Counted from the first letter of the stretch, positions 49,975 to 59,871 are shown. The stretch: DNA of 64,000 nucleotides from a candidate division WS6 bacterium OLB20 (GCA_001567355.1 JYNZ01000004.1:18262-82261), one strand, 5' to 3'. Notes: a model not told the origin generated them from the sequence alone. Numbers and translations are program-made.

Positions 49975-51456
49975 ATGAAAACAGCGGTTTTTCATTCAGG
50001 TAGGGATGCGAAACTTCGCAAAGGACTGATGGCATACAGTATTGTATTGCTGGGAGGTCTTTTTGTGGCAGTCGCGTCTCTGCTGTTTGCAGGGTCAGCT
50101 GACGCTGCAATCGTTGACAGGGGAATAACCTGTTCTGGAGCAGGTGGCAGTGGTGCCTCCTGTAATGTTCTTGGACATCCCCAGAATGTCAACCACATGT
50201 TCGGCTGTTATAACTTCGGCAGCGGTTTTAAATGCTACGAGGTTCCGGTCGAGTATGTAAAACCAGGTCTGCCAGGTTGTTACATGGATACCAGCGGTAA
50301 CTGGCATGCAAGTTGCGGATGTAATGTATCTGCATGTGAGGACGCATGCCGTGCTGCACATGCCGGCCAGCCGGGAACCTACACACACCCTGGTACCTGC
50401 AGCGGTTGCGGCCAGAACTTTACCTGCGGATGTACAATCACACCAACAGTGACTCCTCCGGTGTCAACACCGCCACAGGGATGCCCGAGCACACAGGCAC
50501 GGTTTCTTGTCGGAGACAGCGGTCTTGTCCAGAGCGGTTCATTTAATATCGACGAAGTGCCACCGTTTCAATACTCGGTACTGATCAATGGAGATGTCAA
50601 CCAGAAGTTCCAGGGTAACGTCCGTCTTACCGGTCCGTTTGGTTCACGTGAGCACAATAACGGAAACACCCGTGATGTACCGACCCCTTATCAGGCAGGT
50701 ACATACAGGCTTGAAGCCCGATTTAACGGCGAGCTGTGTGACAGTGCCCAGGTTCAGCTGCGTAATATTCAAATCACCAATCTGCAGTGCTGGGAGACCG
50801 GCTGTAACGATGCGGGTAAGCAGTGCGCACCAGGCAGCGGACTTGTCTGTCAGAACAATCGATGTGTCAACCCTGACTACCCGAACAACTCGGACTGTAA
50901 ACCTGATGTGGAGCTTGAATGCTGGGAGACCGGCTGTAGCATCCAGGGTAACTCTTGCGCAGACGGACTTGAATGTCAGAATGACCGCTGTGTAAACCCG
51001 CAGTATCCGAACAGCGAGACGTGCGAGGCTGTACCTGGTATCACGCTTGAGAAGGTAGCTGTTAACGGAAGCGGACCCTACAACATCGGTCAGACCATTC
51101 CGTTCCGGATTGTCATTACCAACACCGGGCAGACTACATACACAGCAATTAACTTTGTTGACACGTACAACACGGCCCGTCTTGACCTGATCAGGATTGT
51201 CAATCTGAACAATAACCAGGACGTGACCGGTAACTTTACGGTAAACAGGACACTCGGACGGATTACAGCAAATGACCTGACATCCTTTATGGGAGATCTC
51301 GGTCCCGGTCAGACATTCAGACTGCGGTTTGATTTCCGCGCTCTGACTGCTACAAGCCAGACGTGTAACGATGTGTCTATTCAGCCTAATGGCGGAGACT
51401 GGATGGATGATGAGGCCTGTGTTTCAGTAAACCAGCCGCCACCAACCGACTTGTAA
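49975..51456 (+). CDS. Secreted Cys-rich surface protein with tandem ~38 aa Cys repeats and a C-terminal DUF11 (conserved repeat) domain; ends PPPTDL.
   Basis: Signal/TM 'MAYSIVLLGGLFVAVASLLFAGSADA'; repeats 'CWETGCNDAGKQCAPGSGLVCQNNRCVNPDYPNNSDC' / 'CWETGCSIQGNSCADGLECQNDRCVNPQYPNSETC'; DUF11-like 'ITLEKVAVNGSGPYNIGQTIPFRIVITNTGQT...'. Confidence 0.6.
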   Translation: MKTAVFHSGRDAKLRKGLMAYSIVLLGGLFVAVASLLFAGSADAAIVDRGITCSGAGGSGASCNVLGHPQNVNHMFGCYNFGSGFKCYEVPVEYVKPGLPGCYMDTSGNWHASCGCNVSACEDACRAAHAGQPGTYTHPGTCSGCGQNFTCGCTITPTVTPPVSTPPQGCPSTQARFLVGDSGLVQSGSFNIDEVPPFQYSVLINGDVNQKFQGNVRLTGPFGSREHNNGNTRDVPTPYQAGTYRLEARFNGELCDSAQVQLRNIQITNLQCWETGCNDAGKQCAPGSGLVCQNNRCVNPDYPNNSDCKPDVELECWETGCSIQGNSCADGLECQNDRCVNPQYPNSETCEAVPGITLEKVAVNGSGPYNIGQTIPFRIVITNTGQTTYTAINFVDTYNTARLDLIRIVNLNNNQDVTGNFTVNRTLGRITANDLTSFMGDLGPGQTFRLRFDFRALTATSQTCNDVSIQPNGGDWMDDEACVSVNQPPPTDL

Positions 51457-51476
51457 ATTAACGCACCTGCCCGCCC

Positions 51477-52396
51477 ATGAGCATTACAACACTTCGAAAA
51501 TCGCTGTTTGTATACTCACTGATAGTGCTCACTGCTGTTGTGATGCTGATTACAGCACTCACAGCAGCAGGGCGGGCTGATGCAGCTGACCGCAGTCCCT
51601 CACATTGCCCGTACCAGTCAACACAGGCACGTGTACGTATCCTGGGGGACAGTGGCAGAGTGAGCTTACAATCCCCTGCGGAGACTACTTTGAGGTGGGA
51701 ATATTCCACAACAATGACTTCTCTGTCCTGGCTGAAGATGCTGCACCGCTGTTGTATGACGAAGACGGCGATCCTGCTTTCCCGAGTAACGGTCTGCGTC
51801 TGAAGGCAAACAGTGAGACAGCTGCGACCTACACTCTGCATGCATACACACTGGGTGCCGATCTCGACAGCCCGCAATGTACTGATACTGCAATAGTCCG
51901 CTGCACTGCTCCGGTGATAACGGTAAATAGCGGAGATGCAGACACAGGCGGACAGGGCGGAGGCAGAGTGCTTGGTGCGGATTCTGATACAGAGCTGACT
52001 GTCACAAAGACAGTAGACAGTCCGCGCGACCCGTTTGAGGTCGGAAACCGTGTGCATTATACGATCACAATCAGAAACGATGGTGATGAGACGCTTACCG
52101 GCCTTGCAATGACAGACGAGTATCCTTCGAGCCGACTCGCACTTGAGCGCATTGTCTACGGATCAAACGAGGAAATAACCGGTTCGTTCAGTGTAAACAA
52201 CAGTACAGGTACTGTAACGATAGCTGATCTGACACCTCTGTTCAGTGACCTTGAGCCCGGCGAGCAGATACGTTTCAGAATGGAGTTTATTGCCACAGCA
52301 GCAGGTCAGAATGTCTGCAATTCTGTATCCGCGGCAGGATTCAGCGACACAGCCTGCATCCGTATCATCGAAAAACCCCCTGTAACCGACCTGTAG
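51477..52396 (+). CDS. Paralogous secreted DUF11-domain surface protein; frameshift (missing base) near 51596-51606; ends PPVTDL.
   Basis: Signal peptide in ORF 51477..; mature region in ORF 51605.. (offset frame); 'TELTVTKTVDSPRDPFEVGNRVHYTITIRNDGDETLTGLAMTDEYP' DUF11 pattern; C-terminus 'IEKPPVTDL*'. Confidence 0.55.
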
Positions 52397-52466
52397 GCCG
52401 CTGCGATAGTAATTACCACCAGTATTGTTTATAATTCACCAGTTTGAGTATTAGACACACCAGGCT

Positions 52467-53219
52467 ATGATTTTTGGCACCCGAAAGCGGCCGTCCTGTC
52501 TCATCTATGGCTCGGGAAGGAGCGGCACCAGCATGCTGGCCGGATCACTCGCATCACAGTTCTCCTATCTTGGAGAAGATCCGATCATGCTGAAGAACGA
52601 CTCAAATCCCAAAGGCTTTTTTGAGGATAATGAGATCAACTATCTTAATGACAGAATTATCGAGGCCAGTGGCGTCACCCTGCCGGGCAGGAAGCGCAGT
52701 GACAGGACTGAGCCCTATGGCGGCTGGTTAAGTAATGCGCCCGAAGATACTGTCTGGAATATTCCCTTTGCGTATGCTGATTCAATCAGGAGACTGACAC
52801 GTCAGAAAAACTTCATGTTCAAGGACCCACGCTTCTGTTTTACAGCGCCGGCGTGGAGAATCCTGGCTGATGATGATGTGGTGTCACTGGTTATTTTCAG
52901 GAACCCTTCCAGGACTGCACAAAGCATGTTGCGTGAACCGGTTGCACAGGAGATGAAGCTTGCGTATGATCATGCGCTTGATATCTGGTACAGCATGTAC
53001 TACTGGTGTCTTGCACATGCTGATGACCTGACCCTGTTTGTCCATTATGACCAGATCAGGGCAGGTGAGGTCGAACGTATTGAGGACGTGCTTCATGCAC
53101 GGTTCGATACCGATTTTTATGAGCGTTCTCTGAACCGCAGTCCCGAGCAGGAAATCTCGGGCAGGTATCTGACTCTTTATAACCGACTTTGCGAACATGC
53201 AGGGTATATTCCGGAATAA
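52467..53219 (+). CDS. Stf0-like sulfotransferase.
   Basis: 'CLIYGSGRSGTSMLAGSLAS' PAPS-binding P-loop; ~250 aa. Confidence 0.65.
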   Translation: MIFGTRKRPSCLIYGSGRSGTSMLAGSLASQFSYLGEDPIMLKNDSNPKGFFEDNEINYLNDRIIEASGVTLPGRKRSDRTEPYGGWLSNAPEDTVWNIPFAYADSIRRLTRQKNFMFKDPRFCFTAPAWRILADDDVVSLVIFRNPSRTAQSMLREPVAQEMKLAYDHALDIWYSMYYWCLAHADDLTLFVHYDQIRAGEVERIEDVLHARFDTDFYERSLNRSPEQEISGRYLTLYNRLCEHAGYIPE

Positions 53220-54042
53220 ATCTCAGACCAGGCAGTACAGGAATACTGAAGGATTCCGCAACTTCTTCTTCTCCCGCGATGCAGGTAAGCGCCCTGAGGG
53301 AATCAGTGCTATGCTTCGGGTTCGCAACGAGGAGAGCAAGATCCGTGATGCGCTTGTATCGATAGACGGCCACTTTCAGGAGATTGTGGTAGTAGACAAT
53401 GCGAGCATCGATGAAACGGTTGCGATCGTCAGGGACTTTGCCGCACACGCAAGATCAACGGTGCTGCTGTATTCGTATCCATTCAGGATTGCACGCTGCG
53501 GCAGTGAGCACAATTCAACTGACGCACAGTCTGTATACAGCCTCGTCTACTTTTACAACTGGAGTCTGGCTCAGTGCAGCTACCGCTATGCAGCCAAATG
53601 GGACGCGGATATGATCCTTAACAGTGCCTGGATAGCCCAGCTTGAGAGCCTGAAGACCAGTATGAAGCAGGCGGACAGAGTAATATCCATATCGCAACGC
53701 TGCGTCTATAAGACAGCCGACAATCAGTACTTCGAGGATACGGATGATGACAACTCTGAGGTTCGACTTTTTGCCAACAGACCCGAAATTGATTTTGCCA
53801 AAACGGATAATTATGAAGTACTTACATGGCCTGAGAACATTATCCATGAACGCGCCGACGGTATTGCCTTTTTCGAGCTGCGCTATCTCACAGAAAACGA
53901 GTTCTCGCACTGGAGTGAAGGAGAGTTTGTAACACCGCGCAAGATCCGCGAGAAGACCATTATGGACAGCCTGAGAGCAGGTGATGTACCCCAAGGTTTA
54001 AAACAGATCGAACCCGGACAGGTGTTTGCGGAACGTTCCTAA
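53197..54042 (+). CDS. Family 2 glycosyltransferase.
   Basis: 'ISAMLRVRNEESKI...IVVVDNASIDETVAIV' (GT-A fold DxD-type region). Overlaps the sulfotransferase by 23 nt. Confidence 0.6.
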   Translation: MQGIFRNKSQTRQYRNTEGFRNFFFSRDAGKRPEGISAMLRVRNEESKIRDALVSIDGHFQEIVVVDNASIDETVAIVRDFAAHARSTVLLYSYPFRIARCGSEHNSTDAQSVYSLVYFYNWSLAQCSYRYAAKWDADMILNSAWIAQLESLKTSMKQADRVISISQRCVYKTADNQYFEDTDDDNSEVRLFANRPEIDFAKTDNYEVLTWPENIIHERADGIAFFELRYLTENEFSHWSEGEFVTPRKIREKTIMDSLRAGDVPQGLKQIEPGQVFAERS

Positions 54043-54641
54043 AGTGTGATTTCTTCCAGCGTCTTGTATACCGGGCCTTTTGGCGTCAGTTCGCTTGCGA
54101 TGATCGAAAACACCTCAGGTGTGAATACCGGCAGCTCTCCGAAACTGTGTCCCTTGATGATCTCTTTGACAGAACGTGCATGTGCTCTGCTGATGCTGCG
54201 TTTTGCCCGTCCAATCGTAATGTGATGAATCAGTTTGGCGTGGTCCTTGTGACGCTTGACGTCCGTCAGCTGCAGATCAACAATCTCCTCATGGATATAC
54301 CTGGTCAGGTCTTTGAGCTTCTGACCTCCGCTTAAATTCCAGAAGAGTACATTGGGCATTGTCTGACCCGGAAAGCCAAGACGGAGCTCGGTGAGTCCGA
54401 TTGACGGCTTCGGAAAGTTGCCCTTGTGTGAAGACAGTTCCTGTGTGATTGCAGTAATACTCTCACTGCTGACAGAGTCACCAAGGAACTCAAGCGTGAT
54501 ATGCAACTGGTCAACATTTACAAAGCGGAAGTTTCTGGCCTCCTTGTTGAACACGCGAATACTGTCACGCAAAAATGCGCGCGTCTTATCATCGGGCAGA
54601 ATAGCAATAAATGCTCTGTGCAGGGTTGTAGCGGTAATCAT
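54039..54641 (-). CDS. thpR: 2H phosphoesterase (ThpR/LigT-like RNA 2',3'-cyclic phosphodiesterase).
   Basis: Two H-x-T/S-x motifs: 'LHITLEFLG' and 'HHITIGRA'. Confidence 0.75.
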   Translation of the reverse strand: MITATTLHRAFIAILPDDKTRAFLRDSIRVFNKEARNFRFVNVDQLHITLEFLGDSVSSESITAITQELSSHKGNFPKPSIGLTELRLGFPGQTMPNVLFWNLSGGQKLKDLTRYIHEEIVDLQLTDVKRHKDHAKLIHHITIGRAKRSISRAHARSVKEIIKGHSFGELPVFTPEVFSIIASELTPKGPVYKTLEEITL

Positions 54642-54643
54642 AA

Positions 54644-55222
54644 TCAGCCGTTTTTCGGTTCTACCAGTCCGTAGCCGCCTGCCTCACGCTTGTAGAGCAT
54701 GGCGTACTTACCTGATTCCATATTCTTAAACAGAAAGCAATTGTACCCGAGCAGCTCCATCCGTTCAACTGCTTCTGCCGGGTGCAGAGGGGATTCATCC
54801 TCGTACTGCTTGCGTCGAATTTCCGGTACGTAATCGGTGTACTGTTCAGGTTCTGTGACCACATGCGGCTCAAGCTGCCTGTCAATCTCTTCGGCTCTCC
54901 AGGGGGTCTGATTTTCCCAGCGCTGACTGCTGTCATGGTAACGGGTCAGTCTGCGTTTGAGTACGACCTCGAGCTGGTCTGCGAGTGCATCAAGCTCGCT
55001 GCCCCGGTCGGAAACTTTGATAAATGCATGCGGCATCGAAATAAGAAACTCCAGTTTGAAGCGTTTATCCTCGCGCGAGTGAGATCCGTTTCGTTCTGCT
55101 ACAACCGAGATGGAAGTTGCCGCTTCGAGAAGTCGTTCATGTTTGCTGATTTTGCGGGCTATGTACTCCTGCTCTTTTTGTGAGAGGGTAAAATTGCGGG
55201 CCGTGAAGACGATGTCCGTCAT
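54644..55222 (-). CDS. hpf: Ribosome hibernation-promoting factor, long form.
   Basis: RaiA/YfiA N-domain 'IVFTARNFTLSQKEQEYI' plus C-terminal dimerisation domain 'FLFKNMESGKYAMLYKREAGGYGLVEP'. Confidence 0.85.
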   Translation of the reverse strand: MTDIVFTARNFTLSQKEQEYIARKISKHERLLEAATSISVVAERNGSHSREDKRFKLEFLISMPHAFIKVSDRGSELDALADQLEVVLKRRLTRYHDSSQRWENQTPWRAEEIDRQLEPHVVTEPEQYTDYVPEIRRKQYEDESPLHPAEAVERMELLGYNCFLFKNMESGKYAMLYKREAGGYGLVEPKNG

Positions 55223-55238
55223 GAGATGCTCCTAACAA

Positions 55239-56024
55239 TTAAGCTACTCCAAACAGTAAAACGATGAAAATCAGAAATACTACAACATATTCACTTATTA
55301 CTTTCCATGATAAAGACATATCAAGCCTGTGGTGCAGCAATGCGATGAAATAATAAAGCAGCAGAGTAAACAGAAATGAGACCGCAAACGGCTGAAAATA
55401 GAACGCTTGCAGAATCAGAAGTGTTGAGATCGCAAGTGCTCCCCAGGTGACAAGCATGGCGACTGCATCCCTGAGAAGCACATGGTACCTGACCAGCGTC
55501 AGTGCTGCCATGACAAGAAATGCAGCAATAATGAAAAAGCTGCTGATCCAGACCCTGCTGCCCAGAAAACCGAACAGATTGATATTTGCGTCAGTTGCAA
55601 TAAACAGCACAATCAGCATCAGCATATCGTAAATGCTGTGTGTGTACTGCTCCAGTTTGAATTTGTCTTCATAATAGGCCCGGATGTTTGTGAACAGGAC
55701 TGCAAACGTGACAAAAATAATCGCAAGCAGTGGCAGCTGCAAAGAACGCTGATGATTGAAAAAGGTGAATACTATAAAACTCCAGTAGGTAACACTGGGA
55801 AGGATTACGTGATGAATCAGATGTACAGTCCTGTCCTTTTCATCCACCTGCGGCAGTGCAAACTGATCAAGCAGCCGCTGCGCATAATACTTGGTTGAGT
55901 AAAGCTCAAACAGAAACACGGCATAAAGAATCACTGATGCGCCGACATAAAAATGGTCAGGAAGGTTTTCAAGCAGGGAGATCAGAAACCAGAATCCGTT
56001 AGTGATCACCGCTGCATAAATCAT
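55239..56024 (-). CDS. Polytopic membrane protein, unknown function.
   Basis: 261 aa, ~8 hydrophobic helices. Confidence 0.45.
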   Translation of the reverse strand: MIYAAVITNGFWFLISLLENLPDHFYVGASVILYAVFLFELYSTKYYAQRLLDQFALPQVDEKDRTVHLIHHVILPSVTYWSFIVFTFFNHQRSLQLPLLAIIFVTFAVLFTNIRAYYEDKFKLEQYTHSIYDMLMLIVLFIATDANINLFGFLGSRVWISSFFIIAAFLVMAALTLVRYHVLLRDAVAMLVTWGALAISTLLILQAFYFQPFAVSFLFTLLLYYFIALLHHRLDMSLSWKVISEYVVVFLIFIVLLFGVA

Positions 56025-56051
56025 GGGACGTTTTTTTCCAGTGCAGAATGT

Positions 56052-57509
56052 TCATGATGCGGCTCCGGTCAGTATTGTGCCTCCGGCACCTCCTATGATT
56101 GCAATCAGAATCAGCAGGGCGAGCACAGGCAGGTTAAGGTGTGATCTGCCTCTGTCGATGCCGGTCATACCGGTCTTGGACAGAACATAGAAATCAATGC
56201 CGAACAGCGAGAAGAGGAATGTCATGAACAGAATATTCACCTGGACCCTCGTCCCGCCTGAACTGAAGCTGTCTGCAAACGCATTAAATGCACTGCTGCC
56301 GTCTTGCTCGGGTCTGGGGTTGACGGTTTCGAGTGCCAGGACATCAGACAGCAGCTGCGCAACAGGAAGCTCCAGCGCGCTTTCGTTGCCGGCCAGATCC
56401 GTCGCAACCAGTTTCATGCTTGATACTGTATTGAACGCTTCCCGCAGAACTTCGCCTTCCCAGATATCCTCGGCACGTACAAAGTTGAGTCCCGGAAGGT
56501 TGCTGGTTATTACCGTCGGATCGCCATCCGCACGCAGAGAGATGATGGCATATTCGCTGTCTCCATAGGAGATTGAGCTTATCCTGACGCTTGACTGCTG
56601 TATCACTGGAGCGATCGTATCCACAGTTACATGTACAGTACCGGATACACCTCGCAGAACGTCTCCGTCGAAAGCCTCAGCCTGAATTCTGTTGAGTCCT
56701 TCAGGATATGCCTGGGGAGCACGGAATGTGAAATTCTGTCCATCCGCATCTACCCGTCCGATAAAGCGGTCATTGCTTTCTATCTCTACTGTGCTTCCGG
56801 CCGGAGCAGTTCCGCTGACATCAAACTCGGGATTGCTGGTTACTGATCCATCTGCAGGAGATGTGATTGAAACTGGATCGTTACCCCACTGGTCACCTGT
56901 ATCAGGAAGCACCGCCTGTACGTTAGATCGCGATCCGAAATGAACGACAACAACTGTGTTGTTCGGAACACCCTGAAAATAGCCCGTCGCAAAGCCGATA
57001 CCGATCTCGTTGAATTCCGGTTTGACCACATTTGCGCGGTGTGTGGGACTGTTCATCCATGCAGTCATCACGGTTCCGTTTTCGCGAAAGCCTTCTGCAA
57101 GATTCTCTCCGGCAAAGATGTAGTTGTAGCCTGCTCCGTCAAAAAATACCCACGGCGATGTGCCTTCGGGGCAATAGTGAGACCAGCAGTCATTTTCAAG
57201 CATGACCTCTGCTTTTGCGTTTGCGGAGTCTATCAGTGCAGTGTTAATCCGCAGAGGTTGCAGACCAAGACGCTCCCGCTCCTGATTGTGAAGCTCGTAC
57301 AGCGTCGCAGCATCGACTGCAGCAGACACCGGAGTTGCCAGCATTCCTGCAAATACGGTATTAATCATCAGTACGACCAGCAGGTACGCAACCATAAACG
57401 GACGCCTGATCAGAAGCGGATGAAAGTTGTTGTCTTCGTTAGGGATGAAGAGCCGTTTGATCCTTCTCATAGCTAGCCTATTGTAGTGCAAAAGCCTCTC
57501 TATTGCCAC
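56052..57509 (-). CDS. Membrane-anchored CAP/SCP/PR1-like domain protein with Ig-like repeats and a C-terminal TM.
   Basis: 'LHNQERERLGLQPLRIN...NDCWSHYCPEGTSPW...GENLAEGF...WMNSPTHRANV' CAP-domain signature. Confidence 0.7.
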   Translation of the reverse strand: MAIERLLHYNRLAMRRIKRLFIPNEDNNFHPLLIRRPFMVAYLLVVLMINTVFAGMLATPVSAAVDAATLYELHNQERERLGLQPLRINTALIDSANAKAEVMLENDCWSHYCPEGTSPWVFFDGAGYNYIFAGENLAEGFRENGTVMTAWMNSPTHRANVVKPEFNEIGIGFATGYFQGVPNNTVVVVHFGSRSNVQAVLPDTGDQWGNDPVSITSPADGSVTSNPEFDVSGTAPAGSTVEIESNDRFIGRVDADGQNFTFRAPQAYPEGLNRIQAEAFDGDVLRGVSGTVHVTVDTIAPVIQQSSVRISSISYGDSEYAIISLRADGDPTVITSNLPGLNFVRAEDIWEGEVLREAFNTVSSMKLVATDLAGNESALELPVAQLLSDVLALETVNPRPEQDGSSAFNAFADSFSSGGTRVQVNILFMTFLFSLFGIDFYVLSKTGMTGIDRGRSHLNLPVLALLILIAIIGGAGGTILTGAAS

Positions 57510-57554
57510 AGTTTGACAGTGTATGTTTAGACTCTGTACAGTGAATTATCCAGT

Positions 57555-57690
57555 GTGAGTGAAGCGGGTGAGAACCCCGCACTGTGCCGCAACGGTAAAC
57601 TGAGTGTTCTTCCATCAGTAAGTCCGACCCTCCCTGGTGTTTTATCCCGAGCAGGAATACTTCCAGGCTCGGAGCGTTTACTTTTTATCC
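57555..57690 (+). promoter_or_regulatory. Candidate cobalamin (B12) riboswitch; low confidence.
   Basis: 'TGAAGCGGGTGAGAACCCCGCACTGTGCCGCAACGGTAAA' resembles the GGTG-AA-CC / CCCGC-ACTGT core; 'AAGTCCGACC' is a partial B12-box-like element. Putative promoter TTGACA(57522)-18-TACAGT upstream; located 5' of a DUF4430 gene. Confidence 0.3.
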
Positions 57691-57697
57691 ACGCTCC

Positions 57698-58102
57698 ATG
57701 AGATTCAGAGTCATTATCTCCGTGCTGATCGCAGCAGCCAGTGTGTTTATCCTTTCAACAGTTGCAGCCCCGCCCGGGCCCGACGTCGCGGGTCGGCAAT
57801 CAGAAGGGCAGGCAACAGTGCAGATTGTCCTCCCTGATACGGTTGTAACTCAGCAGCTGCAGCTGACTGAAGCTCCTCTGGAGGCAGAGATTGCAGATCT
57901 GGATGAGAAAACAGATGATGTCAGCTTTTCTTACACTGACTACGATTTTGGACGGTTTATCACAGGGATCAATGGCATTGAGGCCGATCCGTCTTCGCAG
58001 TTCTGGGAGCTGTCTGTTAACGGCACTCCTTCTGGCACCGGAATTTCAGATCTCCAACTGCAGACCGGAGATACAGTTACATTCAGATTAGTCGGCTTTT
58101 AA
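57698..58102 (+). CDS. Secreted DUF4430-like (transcobalamin/BtuG-like) domain protein.
   Basis: Signal peptide; 'FGRFITGINGIEADPSSQFWELSVNGTPSGTGISDLQLQTGDTVTFRLV' pattern. Confidence 0.5.
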   Translation: MRFRVIISVLIAAASVFILSTVAAPPGPDVAGRQSEGQATVQIVLPDTVVTQQLQLTEAPLEAEIADLDEKTDDVSFSYTDYDFGRFITGINGIEADPSSQFWELSVNGTPSGTGISDLQLQTGDTVTFRLVGF

Positions 58103-58261
58103 CTCCTGAAATACATTTCAGCCGCTGTTTTTCTTGCTGCACTTGTCATACTGACACGCCTGTATGCTCCGCTTGCTCCAAACATAGAGTTTGTAACAGG
58201 GTCTGTTGCTGCAGCTGCCTATCTGCCCAGAAAATATTCGCTCTTAGCCCTTAGTACTGTA

Positions 58262-58654
58262 ATGACAGCACTTGCTTTTACTGACATGGTGCTTGGAAGT
58301 GCGCCTATTCTGCTGTTCACCTGGACGGGGTTTGCAGCTGTGTTTGTCATCGCGAACACGGTCAAAGCCAGGCAGTCAGGATTGAATGCTTCAGTGGCAA
58401 CCGCACTGGCCGGCACGATTCTGTTCTACCTCTGGACCAATCTCGGGGTTGTACTTGTCGGGGGATTGTACCCGCCAACATTTGACGGACTTGCAAGCAG
58501 CTACATCAACGCCGTGCCGTTTCTGCGCAACCAGCTTGCAGGTAACCTGGTTATCGTACCGATGCTTATCATGGTCGTACGGATACTTACCGCCCCGGGA
58601 ACTATTCAGTATCAGGCTGTCGCAAGTTCGGGGGCTGGTGAGGTAAGCGGCTGA
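58262..58654 (+). CDS. Small polytopic membrane protein (ECF S-component-like?); the 5' end is probably mis-called.
   Basis: An in-frame hydrophobic extension runs upstream to 58103 (right after the DUF4430 stop) with no ATG; 5-6 TM helices if extended. Confidence 0.4.
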   Translation: MTALAFTDMVLGSAPILLFTWTGFAAVFVIANTVKARQSGLNASVATALAGTILFYLWTNLGVVLVGGLYPPTFDGLASSYINAVPFLRNQLAGNLVIVPMLIMVVRILTAPGTIQYQAVASSGAGEVSG

Positions 58655-59871
58655 TCATTCTCCTGCTGCGCTGTCTCCTTGTCCTCAAGGATCAGGTCCT
58701 CAGGATCAGTAAACAATAGACCGTCATGCACATAGTGGATCAGCAGGATCGAAAGCAATCCCATATACGTATACGCTTCGTCTGCACCGGGCGCACCATT
58801 ATGCAGGTTCGGGAGCAGAGCACCGGTTACGATCACAATAATGCTTGAGACCGGCAGCATCGCAATTGTCAGAAGGTAAAATGATGACCAGCCGGTGTCT
58901 CCGTCAATTTTGCGCATTGCAGCGCTGAATTCCTTTACAAAATTACGCAGCACTCCAAAGCGTGAGCTGGATTGTTCCTTTGCTTTGTTGTAGAGATTGC
59001 GCCAGAAATGCATAAACCCGAGTTCCTTGCCGTCTCGTTTTTCAATCAGCTTGTGCGCATACCAGGTCAGTGCAAGATACTGGAACGAGTGCCATGTATT
59101 AATACCCTGCGCAGCTGTATCAGTATTTGGCAGGAACATCATCCAGAACATGACGTTAACCGTGACAAAGATGAGCAGTGTCTTGCCGCGGTGAAGTGTA
59201 CCGAGACGCCATTCTCTTACTGATTTTGCAATGAAAAGAAACACCATGACAGCGAAAAATGCCCAGGCCGCATATGCAAGCCAGTTCCAACCGTAGACAA
59301 GATCGTTAATCGCAAGAGAGACCGGACCGATCCTGAAGTTTCCGTTGACCATCTTCCAGATCGGGACAGGGTAAAGACTGGCAAAGACGACACCATAGTC
59401 AATAAACTTGGAGAACATGGTTGCAGCCCTGTTTCTGCTCAGATCATATGCACCAGAGATCCACATGATCTGATGCAAAGCATGCACTGATGCCATACCG
59501 AAGAATATGGTCAGAAGCCAGACATAGGTTGTATAGGAAATAATCGCCATGCTGAAGACAAATATCGGTACAGCGATCGCGGTAAATATGTAGAGGTACT
59601 TCTTGCGAGCAAACACTACCGGATCCATCAGCGTACGGGTAAATGTCGCGTACATGTGAGGTCCGCCTATGAAGACAGCAACAAGGGTGTTTGTAAAGAC
59701 TCTTGCATTGTAAGCTGACGTGCCGACAGTCTCAGCATTATCAAACAGATTGCCCCCAAAGGCGAGATAGGCTGCGTACGGTGTAAACGCAACAATAAAG
59801 CTGAGAATCAGAAAGGTGATGTCCCACCTCGGGTGGTAGATCCAGCCCTGAACCGGTTGTCTCATAGCCAT
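58612..59871 (-). CDS. Large polytopic membrane protein (~11 TM), unknown function (possibly a GT-C-like glycosyltransferase or polymerase).
   Basis: 419 aa; hydropathy only. Confidence 0.45.
   Translation of the reverse strand: MAMRQPVQGWIYHPRWDITFLILSFIVAFTPYAAYLAFGGNLFDNAETVGTSAYNARVFTNTLVAVFIGGPHMYATFTRTLMDPVVFARKKYLYIFTAIAVPIFVFSMAIISYTTYVWLLTIFFGMASVHALHQIMWISGAYDLSRNRAATMFSKFIDYGVVFASLYPVPIWKMVNGNFRIGPVSLAINDLVYGWNWLAYAAWAFFAVMVFLFIAKSVREWRLGTLHRGKTLLIFVTVNVMFWMMFLPNTDTAAQGINTWHSFQYLALTWYAHKLIEKRDGKELGFMHFWRNLYNKAKEQSSSRFGVLRNFVKEFSAAMRKIDGDTGWSSFYLLTIAMLPVSSIIVIVTGALLPNLHNGAPGADEAYTYMGLLSILLIHYVHDGLLFTDPEDLILEDKETAQQENDQPLTSPAPELATA

Noticed and set aside
51447-51456. C-terminal PPPTDL/PPVTDL read as classical LPXTG-type cell-wall sorting signals.
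   Set aside because: No downstream hydrophobic segment or positively charged tail follows the motif. They are kept only as a possible non-canonical recognition element.
57637-57837. 66 aa plus-strand ORF overlapping the leader of the DUF4430 gene.
   Set aside because: Arg/Ser-rich, overlaps the better-supported DUF4430 start and the putative riboswitch.
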